Of a stretch of DNA of 64,000 nt, positions 19,034 through 29,142 are shown in pieces. The notes beneath the pieces were generated by a model that saw only the letters and a program-made list of their open reading frames with translations, did not search any database and had not been told where the DNA came from. Both the position numbers and the translations under genes were made by a program. Source of the stretch: Kiloniellales bacterium (GTDB taxonomy: Bacteria; Pseudomonadota; Alphaproteobacteria; Kiloniellales; JAKSDN01); the NCBI GenBank assembly GCA_028280455.1, contig JANQLT010000105.1, forward strand, positions 4,077-68,076, written 5' to 3'. Within the stretch, counting starts at the first letter, position 1. Each line of letters starts with the position of its first letter.

Positions 19034-19972
19034 ATGGACCGCCTGCTTCAGCTAGACGATGTCACCAAGCGCTTCGGGCCGGTGACGGCCGTCGACGGCA
19101 TCAGCTTCGCCGTCGAGCGCGGCGAGGTGCTGGGCTTCCTCGGGCCGAACGGCGCCGGCAAGACCACCACCATGCGCATCGTCACCGGCTACCTGCCGGC
19201 CAGCTCCGGAAGCGTCACGGTCTGCGGCTTCGACGTGCTGCGTCAGCCGATCGAGGTCAAGCGGCGGGTCGGCTACCTGCCGGAGGGCGCGCCCGCCTAC
19301 GGCGACATGTCGCCGGCGGGCCTGCTGGGCTTCGTCGCCGATCTGCGCGGCCTCAAGGGACCGGAGCGCAAGCGGCGCCTGGAGAAGGTGGTCGAGCAGC
19401 TCCAGCTCGAGGCGGTGCTGCAGCGGCCGATCGAGACCCTGTCGAAGGGCTTCAAGCGCCGCGTCGGCCTGGCCCAGGCGATCCTGGCGGACCCGGAGGT
19501 GCTGATCCTCGACGAGCCGACCGACGGCCTCGATCCGAACCAGAAGCACGAGGTCCGCCAGCTCCTCGACGAGATGGCCGGCGAGAAGGCCATCGTCATC
19601 TCGACCCACATCCTCGAGGAGGTCGAGGCGGTCTGCAGCCGGGCGATCATCGTCTCCCAGGGCCGCATCGTCGCCGACGACGAGCCCGCCGCCCTGATGG
19701 CGCGCTCGCGCTACCACAACGCCGTCGAGCTGCGGGTCGAGCAGGGCAAGGCCGAGACGGTCGGCGCCTGCCTGGCGCGCCTGCCGGGCGTCGCCTCGGT
19801 CGAGCCCGGCGACGCGGTCAACGGCCAGGCCGCCCTGCGCGCCCTGCCGCGCGAGGGCGGCGACATCCTCGCCGAGGTGCGCGACGCGGTGGCCCGCGAG
19901 GGCATCCAGATCAGCGAGCTCAACGTCGAGCGCGGCCGGCTCGACGAAGTCTTCCGCCAGTTGACGACCTAG
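19034..19972 (+). CDS. ABC transporter ATP-binding protein (GldA-like)
   Basis: GPNGAGKTT, LSKGFKRRVGLAQA, ILDEPTDGLDP, STHIL. Confidence 0.92.
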   Translation: MDRLLQLDDVTKRFGPVTAVDGISFAVERGEVLGFLGPNGAGKTTTMRIVTGYLPASSGSVTVCGFDVLRQPIEVKRRVGYLPEGAPAYGDMSPAGLLGFVADLRGLKGPERKRRLEKVVEQLQLEAVLQRPIETLSKGFKRRVGLAQAILADPEVLILDEPTDGLDPNQKHEVRQLLDEMAGEKAIVISTHILEEVEAVCSRAIIVSQGRIVADDEPAALMARSRYHNAVELRVEQGKAETVGACLARLPGVASVEPGDAVNGQAALRALPREGGDILAEVRDAVAREGIQISELNVERGRLDEVFRQLTT

Positions 19973-19989
19973 AGCGGCGCGGAGGCTCT

Positions 19990-20724
19990 ATGGGTAACAT
20001 CGCGATCATCTTGCGGCGGGAGCTGGCCTCTTACTTCGCCTCGCCCCTGGCCTACCTCTACATCATGATCTTCCTGGCGCTGAGCGGCGGCCTGACCTTC
20101 TTCCTCGGCGGCTTCCTGGAGCGCGGCCAGGCGGACCTGCAGCCCTTCTTCCAGTTCCACCCCTGGCTCTATCTCTTCCTGATCCCGGCGATCGGCATGC
20201 GGCTCTGGGCCGAGGAGCGCAAGTCCGGCTCCATCGAGTTCCTCATGACCCTGCCGGTCTCGACCGGCCAGGCGGTGATCGGCAAGTTCCTGGCGGCCTG
20301 GCTCTTCGCCGGCATCGCGCTGGCGCTGACCTTCCCGATCTGGCTGACGGTCAACTACCTCGGCCAGCCGGACAACGGCGTCATCCTCAGCGCCTATCTC
20401 GGTAGCTGGCTGATGGCCGGCGGCTATCTGGCGATCAGCGCCTGCGTCTCGGCGCTGACCCGCAACCAGGTCATCGCCTTCGTGGTCGGCGCCGGGCTCT
20501 GCTTCCTGTTCCTGATGAGCGGCATCGAGCTGATCCAGGCCGCCTTCCGCGGCTGGGTCGGCGAGGCCCTGCTCGAGACCCTGGCCGACGTCAGCTTCCT
20601 GTCGAACTTCCACGGCATCGGCCAGGGCGTCATCGACCTGCGCAACGTCATCTACTTCCTGTCCATGATCGGCGGCTGCCTGGTGATCAACACCGCGATC
20701 GTCGAGCTGAAGAAGGGGGCGTGA
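19990..20724 (+). CDS. ABC-2 permease (GldF-like)
   Basis: RREL.SYF.SPLAY, MRLWAEERKSGSIEFL.TLP, multiple TM segments. Confidence 0.9.
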   Translation: MGNIAIILRRELASYFASPLAYLYIMIFLALSGGLTFFLGGFLERGQADLQPFFQFHPWLYLFLIPAIGMRLWAEERKSGSIEFLMTLPVSTGQAVIGKFLAAWLFAGIALALTFPIWLTVNYLGQPDNGVILSAYLGSWLMAGGYLAISACVSALTRNQVIAFVVGAGLCFLFLMSGIELIQAAFRGWVGEALLETLADVSFLSNFHGIGQGVIDLRNVIYFLSMIGGCLVINTAIVELKKGA

Positions 20725-22628
20725 GGGCTGCGATGGCGTTCCTGAACGGCAAGGCCGACCGCGGCGCCCTGGCCTTCGGGGTCATCGTCCTGGTCGTGAT
20801 CTTCTTCTTCTCGGTCAACCTGCTGGCCGGCAACCTGTTCCGCTCGGCCCGGCTCGACCTGACCGAGGACCGGCTCTTCACGGTCACCGAGGGCACCTTG
20901 CAGACCCTCGCCCTGCTCGAGGAGCCGATCACCCTGCGCTACTACCGCTCGACGGAGCTCGACCTGCTCGGGCCCTTCTACACCGGCCTCGCCAGCCGCG
21001 TGGAGGACCTGCTGAGCGAGTACGTCGAGCGTTCCGGCGGCCTGCTGCGGCTGGAGCGCTACGACCCGGCGCCCTTCTCGCCGGAGGAGGACCTCGCGGT
21101 GGCCGACGGCCTGCGCGGCGTCACCGTCGACGTCGACGGCAGCCAGGTCTACTTCGGCCTCAGCGGCATCAACAGCACGGACGACCGCCGCGCCCTGCCG
21201 TTCCTGGCGCCCGAGCGCGCCAACTTCCTGGAATACGACCTGACGCGCCTGATCTACGACCTAGCCCAGCCCGACAAGCCCAAGGTGGCCGTGCTCGGCA
21301 GCCTGGAGATGCGCGGCTCGCAGGCCGACGGCTTCACGCCCTGGGCGGTGATCGAGCAGGCCCAGCAGTTCTTCGACGTCAGCTTCCTCGGCGGCGAGAT
21401 CCAGAGCATCGAGCAGGACATCTCGATCCTCATGCTGGCCCAGCCGCAGAGCTTGGACGAGGCCAGCCTCTATGCCATCGACCAGTTCGTGCTGCGCGGC
21501 GGCCGGGTGCTGGCCTTCGTCGATCCCCACGCCGAGGCGCTGACCGCGCCGCGGCCCGGCATGCCGCCGCCGGAAGGCAACGCCGTGACGACCATGGCGC
21601 CGCTGCTGGAAAGCTGGGGCGTCGCCATGGAGGCCGAGCGTTTCGTCGGCGACCGGACCTACGCCTCGCGGGTCCAGGCGCTGCACGACGGCCGCCAGGT
21701 TATCGTCGACTATCTCGCCTGGCTCGGCATGCGCGCCGAGGCCTTCGAGCGGACCGACGTCATCATGGCCAACGTCGAGCAGCTCAACCTGCGCAGCGTC
21801 GGCGCCATCAGCGCGGCCGAGGGCGCCGAGACCAGCCTGACGCCGATCCTCCGCTCGAGCCCCAACGCGATGCTGATCGAGACCGAGGCGATCGCCTTCG
21901 CGCCGAGCCCGGTCGACCTGATCAACGACTTCGAGGCCGACGGCGAGAGCCGGATCATCGCCGCGCGCATCGCCGGGCCGGCTGCCAGCGCCTTCGCCGA
22001 GGGGCCGCCCGAGGCGATCACCGACGAGGCGGTCAAGGCCGCGCACCGGGCGCAGTCCGAGCGGCCGATCAACGTCATCCTGGTGGCCGACGCCGATATC
22101 CTGGCCGACCAGAACTGGGTGCAGCGGCGCAACCTGCTGGGCCAGGCCCTGCTGATTCCGATCGCCCACAACGGCGACTTCGTGATCAACGCCCTCGACA
22201 ACCTGAGCGGCAGCGAGGGCCTGATCTCGCTGCGCGGCCGGGGTCTCAGCGTGCGCCCCTTCGAGGTGCTGCAGGACATGGAGCAGGCGGCGGAGGACCA
22301 GTTCCGCGCGAAGGAGCAGGAGCTGCTGCAGCGCATCGAGCAGGCCAACGCCAGCATCACCGACCTGCAGCGGCAGGAGCAGGAGGCCGGCGTGCTGCTG
22401 ACAGGCGAGCAGCAGGCCGAGATCGACAAGTTCCGCCAGCAGATGCTCGACCTGCGCGGCGAGCTGCGCGAGGTGCAGCACGCCCTGCGCCAGGACGTCG
22501 AGACCCTGGAATCGCGGATCAAGCTGATCAACATCTGGGCCGTGCCCTTGGCGGTGGGCCTGATCGCCCTGGTGCTGGCGCTGCTGCGGCGGGCCCGGCG
22601 CGGCGGCCGCCAGGCGGCGCTCGGCTAG
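20721..22628 (+). CDS. GldG-family ABC auxiliary protein
   Basis: RLDLTEDRLFT, EYDL.RLI, IDQFVLRGG, ILVADAD, NGDF..NALD.L, C-terminal coiled coil and TM. Confidence 0.88.
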   Translation: MRAAMAFLNGKADRGALAFGVIVLVVIFFFSVNLLAGNLFRSARLDLTEDRLFTVTEGTLQTLALLEEPITLRYYRSTELDLLGPFYTGLASRVEDLLSEYVERSGGLLRLERYDPAPFSPEEDLAVADGLRGVTVDVDGSQVYFGLSGINSTDDRRALPFLAPERANFLEYDLTRLIYDLAQPDKPKVAVLGSLEMRGSQADGFTPWAVIEQAQQFFDVSFLGGEIQSIEQDISILMLAQPQSLDEASLYAIDQFVLRGGRVLAFVDPHAEALTAPRPGMPPPEGNAVTTMAPLLESWGVAMEAERFVGDRTYASRVQALHDGRQVIVDYLAWLGMRAEAFERTDVIMANVEQLNLRSVGAISAAEGAETSLTPILRSSPNAMLIETEAIAFAPSPVDLINDFEADGESRIIAARIAGPAASAFAEGPPEAITDEAVKAAHRAQSERPINVILVADADILADQNWVQRRNLLGQALLIPIAHNGDFVINALDNLSGSEGLISLRGRGLSVRPFEVLQDMEQAAEDQFRAKEQELLQRIEQANASITDLQRQEQEAGVLLTGEQQAEIDKFRQQMLDLRGELREVQHALRQDVETLESRIKLINIWAVPLAVGLIALVLALLRRARRGGRQAALG

Positions 22629-22643
22629 GAGGGGCGGCTTGCC

Positions 22644-23699
22644 ATGAGTCCGAGAGTCTTCCTCGCTTGGCTGGTCGTCACCGCCGCGACCCTGGCGGCG
22701 GCGATCGTGGTCACGCTCAACCGGCCCGGCACCACCAGCGTGCGCCTCGACAACGAGCCGGTCCTGCCGGCCTTGCGCGACAACCCGGACGCCGTCGCCG
22801 CGCTGGAGATCCAGGGCGGCGGCCAGCGCTTCACCCTGGCCCGCGGCGAGGCCGGTGCCTGGACCGCGCCCGACAAGCACGGCTATCCGGTGGACGGCGG
22901 CAAGGTGCGCACCTTGATCGTCGGCTTGAGCGACATGCGCCTGATCGAGGCCAAGACCGCCCGCGAGGACCGTCTGGTCCGGCTCGAGCTGGAAGACCCG
23001 GAGCTGCCGGAGGCCAAGTCCCGCGTCATCACCCTCAAGGACTCGGCGGGGCAGGACCTGGCCGCCCTGATCGTCGGCAAGGGGCAGTCGCGCCCGACCG
23101 GTCAGGTCGAGGGCGGCACCTATGTCCGCCGGTCCGGCGAGAGCCAGGCCTGGCTCGCCAGCGGCCGCATCGAGCCCGGCGCGACGCTCGAGGACTGGCT
23201 GGACGACGACGTCGTGCACCTGCCCAGCACCTCGATCAAGGCGCTCGCGGTGACGCCGCTGGAAGGCGAGCCGGTCCGCCTGTCGCGCGAGGCGCCCGAG
23301 GCCGGCCTGGTGCTCGACGCCATGCCCGAGGGCCACGAGCTCGACGGCTCGCTGGCCAACCGCCTGGCCTCCGGCCTGGCCTTCCTGACCTTCGACGACG
23401 TCAAGCCGCGCGACCGGCTCGACCTGGCGGTGGTCTCGCACCACGGCGTCTACACCGACTTCGACGGTCTGCAGGTCAGCGTCGAGATCGTGCCGATCGG
23501 CGAGGAGGAATGGGTCACCTTCGAGGCGACGCAGGTCGAGCTGGAGGGACAGGACGAGGCGGCCCGGCAGGCGACCGCGGCGAAGGCCAAGACCATCACC
23601 GAGCGGGTGACGCCCTGGGCCTACAAGCTGCCCGGCTATGCTCTGGAGCGGCTCAAGACCAGCTTCGAGTCCCTGCACAAGCCGCCCGAGGCCTCCTGA
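22644..23699 (+). CDS. DUF4340 domain protein
   Basis: N-terminal TM, W.....GYPVD, LIVGK, YVRR.GE.Q.WL; usual position after gldG. Confidence 0.75.
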   Translation: MSPRVFLAWLVVTAATLAAAIVVTLNRPGTTSVRLDNEPVLPALRDNPDAVAALEIQGGGQRFTLARGEAGAWTAPDKHGYPVDGGKVRTLIVGLSDMRLIEAKTAREDRLVRLELEDPELPEAKSRVITLKDSAGQDLAALIVGKGQSRPTGQVEGGTYVRRSGESQAWLASGRIEPGATLEDWLDDDVVHLPSTSIKALAVTPLEGEPVRLSREAPEAGLVLDAMPEGHELDGSLANRLASGLAFLTFDDVKPRDRLDLAVVSHHGVYTDFDGLQVSVEIVPIGEEEWVTFEATQVELEGQDEAARQATAAKAKTITERVTPWAYKLPGYALERLKTSFESLHKPPEAS

Positions 23700-23720
23700 G
23701 CCGACGGGGCCCGAACAAGG

Positions 23721-24830
23721 TCAGGCGTAGCGCTGCACCGCCGCGGCGGTCTCCTTGAGCAGCGCGCGGCCGATCTCGCCGCCTTCGCCGCGGATCCGGT
23801 TGGCGAAGACGGTGCGGATCGCGTCGATGTGGGCGCCGATCAGGGTCAGGCGGTTGGCCGTGACGTCTTTCTGCTGGTCCTTGGTCGTCTCGAAGAGCGA
23901 GCGGCCGAGGGAGGTGATCAGCGGGTAGCCGAAGATGCCGCCCTGGCCGCGCAGCTCGTGGGCCGTGCGGCTGATCTCGCCGAGAAAGCGCCGGTTGCCG
24001 AGCATGGTCAGCTCTTCTTCGTCCTCGCCTTCCTCGTCGTCCTCGCCGGGCGGCCCGCCCGGCACGACCAGCGCCGCGTGCGCCGTGGACATGCGGTCCA
24101 GGGCCTTGCTCATCCAGTCGCTGTAGTCGCCGGCCATGTCCTGGATGCGCTCCTCGGCGACGGCGATGATCTCCGGATCGATCGCCACCTCGGTGTTGAC
24201 CGCGTTCGGCCCGAGCTTCTCGCGCAGCCGGTTCGGCAGATGGAAGTGAATGGCGCGGACGTCGTCCCGCAGGGACTTGTTGCTGGACTGGCTGTAGACA
24301 TGCTCGATGTCGCTCTTCTCGTAGGAGCGGCGCTCCTCCTTGACGCCGAGGACCTTGCGCCGGCGGTCGGGCCCGAAGTACTCCGGCGCCAGGATGTAGG
24401 CGCGCGGGTGATTGATCACGTGAAGGATGCGCTCGGCGACGGAGGAGACGGAGAAGGGCTTGGCCAGGAACTCGGTGACGCCGGCCTGGCGGCACTGCTG
24501 CACCACGTCCCGGTCGGCGGCGCCGGAGAGCATGATGAAGGGCACGAAGCGGTCGAAGGTGTCGCTGCTGGTGCGGATCCAGCGCAGGAACAGCGCGCCG
24601 TCGACCGTCGGCATGAGGAAGTCGGAGATGATCAGGTCGATGTTGCTGAAGCCGGCGCCGACGGGATCGCTCTGCGCCTGCTGCAGGCGCTTGATCGCGC
24701 CGCTGCCGTCGGACTCGATGATCATGTTGCGGAAGCCGATGGCGTGGAGCGTCGAGCGCAGGAGCCCCGCGACGAACTGATTGTCCTCGACCAGAAGGAC
24801 AGTCAATCGATCCCAGTTCAGATCGGACAA
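23721..24830 (-). CDS. Response regulator: receiver with Cle-like arginine-rich motif fused to an Hpt-like domain
   Basis: LLVEDN, DLIISDFLMP, FLAKPFS; YFGPDRRR; C-terminal AHELRGQGGIFGYPLIT. Confidence 0.8.
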   Translation of the reverse strand: MSDLNWDRLTVLLVEDNQFVAGLLRSTLHAIGFRNMIIESDGSGAIKRLQQAQSDPVGAGFSNIDLIISDFLMPTVDGALFLRWIRTSSDTFDRFVPFIMLSGAADRDVVQQCRQAGVTEFLAKPFSVSSVAERILHVINHPRAYILAPEYFGPDRRRKVLGVKEERRSYEKSDIEHVYSQSSNKSLRDDVRAIHFHLPNRLREKLGPNAVNTEVAIDPEIIAVAEERIQDMAGDYSDWMSKALDRMSTAHAALVVPGGPPGEDDEEGEDEEELTMLGNRRFLGEISRTAHELRGQGGIFGYPLITSLGRSLFETTKDQQKDVTANRLTLIGAHIDAIRTVFANRIRGEGGEIGRALLKETAAAVQRYA

Positions 24831-24970
24831 GGCCTATCGCTCCCGTTGCGACGAGGGCGCGCGAGCGCCGCAGCGGCTCCATGGAATAGATCGACAGACT
24901 GCCCTCGACCGGGTTACTGGAACGTTTAGGCGGCAGCCATGGGCTGGGCGGCGGAGGTTAACGGAATCTT

Positions 24971-25726
24971 ATGGGCGACCAGGCGGACGAGGCGGCGGGC
25001 GGCACCTGGAGCGAGGAGAACAGCGCCACCTTTCTCGACATCGGCCGCTACGCCGTGCCGGAGCGCGAGGTCCAGATCGACACCATCTGCGGCCTGATCG
25101 CCGCGCAGGGCGAGCCTCGCTCGATCCTCGAGCTCTGTTGCGGCGGCGGGCTGCTGGCGAAGGCGCTGCTGGAGCGCTTCCCGGCGGCGAGGCTGCTGGC
25201 GCTCGACGGCTCGCCCAAGATGCTCGAGGCGACCCGGGCGGCGGTCGGCGAGGTGCTGGCCGCTCGGCTGGAGACCCGGCTCTTCGACCTGGCGTCCGAC
25301 GACTGGCGGCAGGCCGAGGCGGCGCCGCAGGCGGTGGTCTCCAGCCTGGCGATCCATCACCTGGACGGTCCCGGCAAGGCCCGGCTCTTCGCCGGCGTCC
25401 TGCGCATGCTGGCGCCGGGCGGCCTGTTCCTGGTGGCGGACATGATGTTGCCGGCGGGCGAGGGCGCGACGCGCTGGGCCGCCCGGGCCTGGGACGACGA
25501 GGCCCGCAGACGCGCGCTGGAATTCGACGGCGACCTCGCCGGCTTCGAGCGGTTCCGCGACGACGGCTGGAACTACTTCAGCGACCCGGAGCCGGACCCG
25601 ATCGACCAGCCCTCGACGCTCTACGACCAGCTTTCCTGGCTGCGCGAGGCGGGCTTCGCCGAGGTCGACGTCTTCTGGATGAAGGCCGGCCACGCGGTCT
25701 TCGGCGGCCGCAAGCCGCTGGCCTAG
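24971..25726 (+). CDS. Class I SAM-dependent methyltransferase (CmoA-like)
   Basis: ILELCCGGG, LDGSPKML, VSSLAIHHL, LAPGGLF..AD. Confidence 0.87.
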   Translation: MGDQADEAAGGTWSEENSATFLDIGRYAVPEREVQIDTICGLIAAQGEPRSILELCCGGGLLAKALLERFPAARLLALDGSPKMLEATRAAVGEVLAARLETRLFDLASDDWRQAEAAPQAVVSSLAIHHLDGPGKARLFAGVLRMLAPGGLFLVADMMLPAGEGATRWAARAWDDEARRRALEFDGDLAGFERFRDDGWNYFSDPEPDPIDQPSTLYDQLSWLREAGFAEVDVFWMKAGHAVFGGRKPLA

Positions 25727-25812
25727 AGCGGTACTGGCTTATACCGAACGGCGATGAGCATGACGCATCGCCGTCTGGTTGTAGGTGGCATCGCCGGCCT
25801 GTTGCGTATAGG

Positions 25813-26055
25813 GAAACGAACCGCCCCCTCACCCAGCTCCGGCTAAGCTCAGCCGTCGGCTTCGCTAAGCCTCCACGTCCCTCTCCCCCGTCGGGGGAGA
25901 GGGCTGCGCAGGCTTGGCGAGGCGCAGCCGAGCCTAGCCGGAGCTGGGTGAGGGGGCGGTTCGTTTCGATGTCGACGGCGACTGCCGCGAGCGGCCATCA
26001 CCAGGGCGTTGCCGCAGGAGCAGACCGCTGCCGATTCCACGCAAGCAAGGAACGC
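25813..26055. repeat. Palindromic interspersed element, copy 1 (155-bp hairpin plus 88-nt tail)
   Basis: 33-bp perfect inverted arms 25813.. / ..25967 enclosing CCCTCTCCCCCGTCGGGGGAGAGGG; homologous to 30461-30640. Confidence 0.85.
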
Positions 26056-26073
26056 CCTAGACGGTAGGGGCGC

Positions 26074-26505
26074 TCAGGGCTCCGCTTGATCGCCGTCTTC
26101 GGCCGGGGCGGCGATGACGTATTCGCTGACCGGCCGGCCGCCCAGGACGTGCTCCTGGAGAATGCGCTCCAGCACCTCGGGCGTCGCCCGCTGGTACCAG
26201 ATGCCGTCGGGCCAGACCACGCAGATCGGCCCGTGGGCGCAGACCCGCAGGCAGTCCACCTTGCTGCGATAGACGACCCGCTTGCCCTGGGTCAGGCCGA
26301 GCTCGCCGATCCGCTTCTTGAGATAGACCCAGCTTTCGGTCGAGTCCTCGAAGCTGCAGCACTTGGGCTTGCTCTGCTGGGCGCAGAGGAAGATGTGCCG
26401 CTCGATCTTGGCGAGGCCCAGGCGCTCGACCTGGCCGGCCAAGTAGGCGGGATCGTCCTGCGTAATTTCCGACGGCTCGTCTGGCGGTGAAGAGTCAGGC
26501 GGCAT
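26074..26505 (-). CDS. Thioredoxin-like (2Fe-2S) ferredoxin
   Basis: RHIFLC....KPKCC, SKVDCLRVCAHGPI.VVWPDGIWY. Confidence 0.88.
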   Translation of the reverse strand: MPPDSSPPDEPSEITQDDPAYLAGQVERLGLAKIERHIFLCAQQSKPKCCSFEDSTESWVYLKKRIGELGLTQGKRVVYRSKVDCLRVCAHGPICVVWPDGIWYQRATPEVLERILQEHVLGGRPVSEYVIAAPAEDGDQAEP

Positions 26506-26595
26506 GAAGAACCGTCACGCAGAGCTCGGGAAGGCCAGGGCCGCCGGTTCGGCGAGCCAGCGGCCGTCTCCGCCGCGCGTCGGCGCGGGCCGGAC

Positions 26596-27999
26596 TCAGT
26601 CGAAGAGCTGCTCGCCGAAGGTCGGGATGACCGGCGAGGCCTGCTCCGGCGCCTGCACGCCCATGGTGTCGAGGAGGCGGCCGATCAGCGCTAGGATCCG
26701 ATAGGAGGCGAGCTCGACGTTGGTCTGCGAGGTGACGAGCTGGCCCTTGGCCACGAAGAGCTCGTTCTCGGCGTCGAGCACATCCAGCAGCGTCCGCTGC
26801 CCGACCTCGAACTGCTGGCGATAGGCGTCGCGGGTCTCGGTCTGGAAGTCGACGTCGATCGCCGACTCCTCGACCTGGGTCCGGTTGGCCTCGAGGGCGA
26901 ACCAGGAGCGGCGCATCTCTTCCTCGGCCTCGAGCAGGGAGGCGTGGCGGATCGCCTTGCTCTGCTGGACCTGCGACACGGCTTCCTGCCGGGCGGCCGA
27001 GTCGATGCCGCCGCGAAACAGGTTCCAGCGCAGCCGCAGCATGATCTGGTTGTTGAACTCCTCGTCCTCGATGCCGTCGCGGTTGATGTTGTACTCCGAC
27101 TCACCTTCGAGGGTGATCGCCGGATAGAAGGGCACCTCGGAGAGGTCGACCTCGGCCTCGGCCGCGCGAACGTCGGCGTCGAAGATCTTGAAGGTCGGGT
27201 TGTCCGCCCAGACCTGGTCGACGGCGGTGTCGAGATCGGGCGGCAGCACGTTCGGCGGGAAGACCGGCAGCGAGAGGTCGTCCGGGTACTGGCCGACGAC
27301 CCGTGCATAGGAGGACTCGGCGTCGCGCAGCGTGTTGAAGGTCTGCGACAGCGTCGAGCGCGAGCGGGCCAGGCGCGCTTCGGTCTGCGCCACGTCGGCC
27401 TGGCTGCCGACGCCGCCGGAGAGCTGCTCGCGCAGGAAGCCGAGGATCACCTGGTGGACCTGCACGTTCTCTTCGGCCAGGCGGACCAGCTCGCGCTGGC
27501 GCAGCACCTCGAGGTAGGCGCCGATCGCGTCGAGACCGGTGAACTCGGCGTTCTCGAAGACCCGGCGCGCGGCGGAGAGGACGCGGGCCTTCTCGCGCTG
27601 CACCGTGCTGCTGGCCTCGAAGCCGTCGAACACCCGCTGCTGGACGGTGAAGGAGGTCTCGGAGCGTGTCAGGGTCAGGGAGCCGTTGGCGTCGTTGGGG
27701 TTGGAGCGCGTGTTGGTGTCGCGGGTGCGCTCCTTGCCGACGCCGGCGGCCACGTCGAACTGGGGCAGATAAAGACCGCGGGCCTGGCGCAGCTCGTGCT
27801 CGATCGCCTCGCGGTTATGGGAGACGTTGCCGATGTCCGGGCTGTGCGAGATCGCCAGCCGCATCGCATCGACCATTGTCGTGGCCGAGGCCGGCAGGGC
27901 CAAGGCGGCGCCGACGAGCCCGGCGGCGACGATACTGGAGACCTTGGCAGCTCTGCGCCTCACGTCGCGCTCCATGATGAAAACCCCCACCTGCCTCAT
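26596..27999 (-). CDS. TolC-family type I secretion outer-membrane protein (LapE-like)
   Basis: Signal peptide, YLPQFD, QRVFDGF, QFEVGQRTLLDVLDAENELF; exact start uncertain. Confidence 0.9.
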   Translation of the reverse strand: MRQVGVFIMERDVRRRAAKVSSIVAAGLVGAALALPASATTMVDAMRLAISHSPDIGNVSHNREAIEHELRQARGLYLPQFDVAAGVGKERTRDTNTRSNPNDANGSLTLTRSETSFTVQQRVFDGFEASSTVQREKARVLSAARRVFENAEFTGLDAIGAYLEVLRQRELVRLAEENVQVHQVILGFLREQLSGGVGSQADVAQTEARLARSRSTLSQTFNTLRDAESSYARVVGQYPDDLSLPVFPPNVLPPDLDTAVDQVWADNPTFKIFDADVRAAEAEVDLSEVPFYPAITLEGESEYNINRDGIEDEEFNNQIMLRLRWNLFRGGIDSAARQEAVSQVQQSKAIRHASLLEAEEEMRRSWFALEANRTQVEESAIDVDFQTETRDAYRQQFEVGQRTLLDVLDAENELFVAKGQLVTSQTNVELASYRILALIGRLLDTMGVQAPEQASPVIPTFGEQLFD

Positions 28000-28323
28000 C
28001 GCTTAACGTGGTTTACCGGACTTCGCCCCGATTCGCGCCTAGCTTACCCGAGTAGGACCGTCATTAGAATAGGTTATCGGGCAGAGGCGGCGGCGCACGC
28101 CCGCCTTGTCGTGACAAGATCGGGCGCGAAGGAGCGGGTCAAGGCCGGTTGCAACTCGCTGTTCAAAGCACCTGGCGACTATCGGTTCCGGAGCCTTGCT
28201 GAATCCTTAGCGGTCTTCGGGACCGTGACTCGGCCCGCGGACAGGCCGAAAGGCCTTATATCTCCGGTCCTTGGGATGAACAAGCCGGTTCTGGGACCGG
28301 CCCGCTGAGCGCTTCTGGGCCGC

Positions 28324-29142
28324 TCAGCGCTTCTGGGCGACCAGGGTCGGGATCTTCTTGGCGTGGACGTGCGCCCAGCGCGTGGTCTCGTTCATCGAGT
28401 ATTGCGGGATGTAGTGCTTGTAGCGCTCGTGCGAGACGATCAATTCGGAGAGATTATCCAGAATCACAATGCCTTGCGGCTGGTAGACCGCCAGGACCGC
28501 GTGGCCGATGCCGCGGATCTCGTCCCACAGGATGACGATCCGCAGCGCCTCGGCGTCGTAGCCGAGCTGGCGCAGGGCGAAGAACTTGGCGATGGCATAG
28601 TCCTCGCAGTCGCCGGACAGGCGCAGGAACTCGTCCGGAGTCGCCCAGTATTCGTTGACCCCGTAGACCGCGCTGTCGAGTCGGTAGGGCAGCCGGTTGA
28701 AGTACTGGTTAACAATCTTAAGGCGGTCGCGCGGCGCGCCTTTGGCGGCGAGCTGGACGACCTCGCGCCAGGCACGCTGGGCCTCGCTTTGGCAAGCCGA
28801 GGCGTCCTCGGAGCAGCGCAGGTAGCCGGCGCGCTGCTGCTTCATCTTGGCCAGGACCCGCTGCCATTGCGGCAGGCCTTGCAGGGAGCCGGCCTTGAAC
28901 TCGCGCGAGCCGAAGATTGCCGCGGCACCCGGGGGCAGACCGGCGTCGCCGTTGGGCGCGACTCGGGCGGCCTGGGCGCTGCTCACCAAGTCGGCCAGGC
29001 TCTGCGCCGCCGCCGGTGCCGCCATGGTGGCGGCCGCCAGGGCGAGGAGGGCGGCGGCGATGTGCCTGACTGTGAACACTCGGGGCAAGATCGGCTCTCC
29101 GGGGATCTGGAACCGGCGGAAAGCGCCGGCCCGGGGTCGCAT
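28324..29142 (-). CDS. Transglutaminase-like cysteine proteinase (LapG/BTLCP)
   Basis: YWATPDEFL..SGDCEDYAIAKF, HAVL, ILDN (Cys-His-Asp); signal-like segment; true start probably downstream of 29142. Confidence 0.88.
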   Translation of the reverse strand: MRPRAGAFRRFQIPGEPILPRVFTVRHIAAALLALAAATMAAPAAAQSLADLVSSAQAARVAPNGDAGLPPGAAAIFGSREFKAGSLQGLPQWQRVLAKMKQQRAGYLRCSEDASACQSEAQRAWREVVQLAAKGAPRDRLKIVNQYFNRLPYRLDSAVYGVNEYWATPDEFLRLSGDCEDYAIAKFFALRQLGYDAEALRIVILWDEIRGIGHAVLAVYQPQGIVILDNLSELIVSHERYKHYIPQYSMNETTRWAHVHAKKIPTLVAQKR

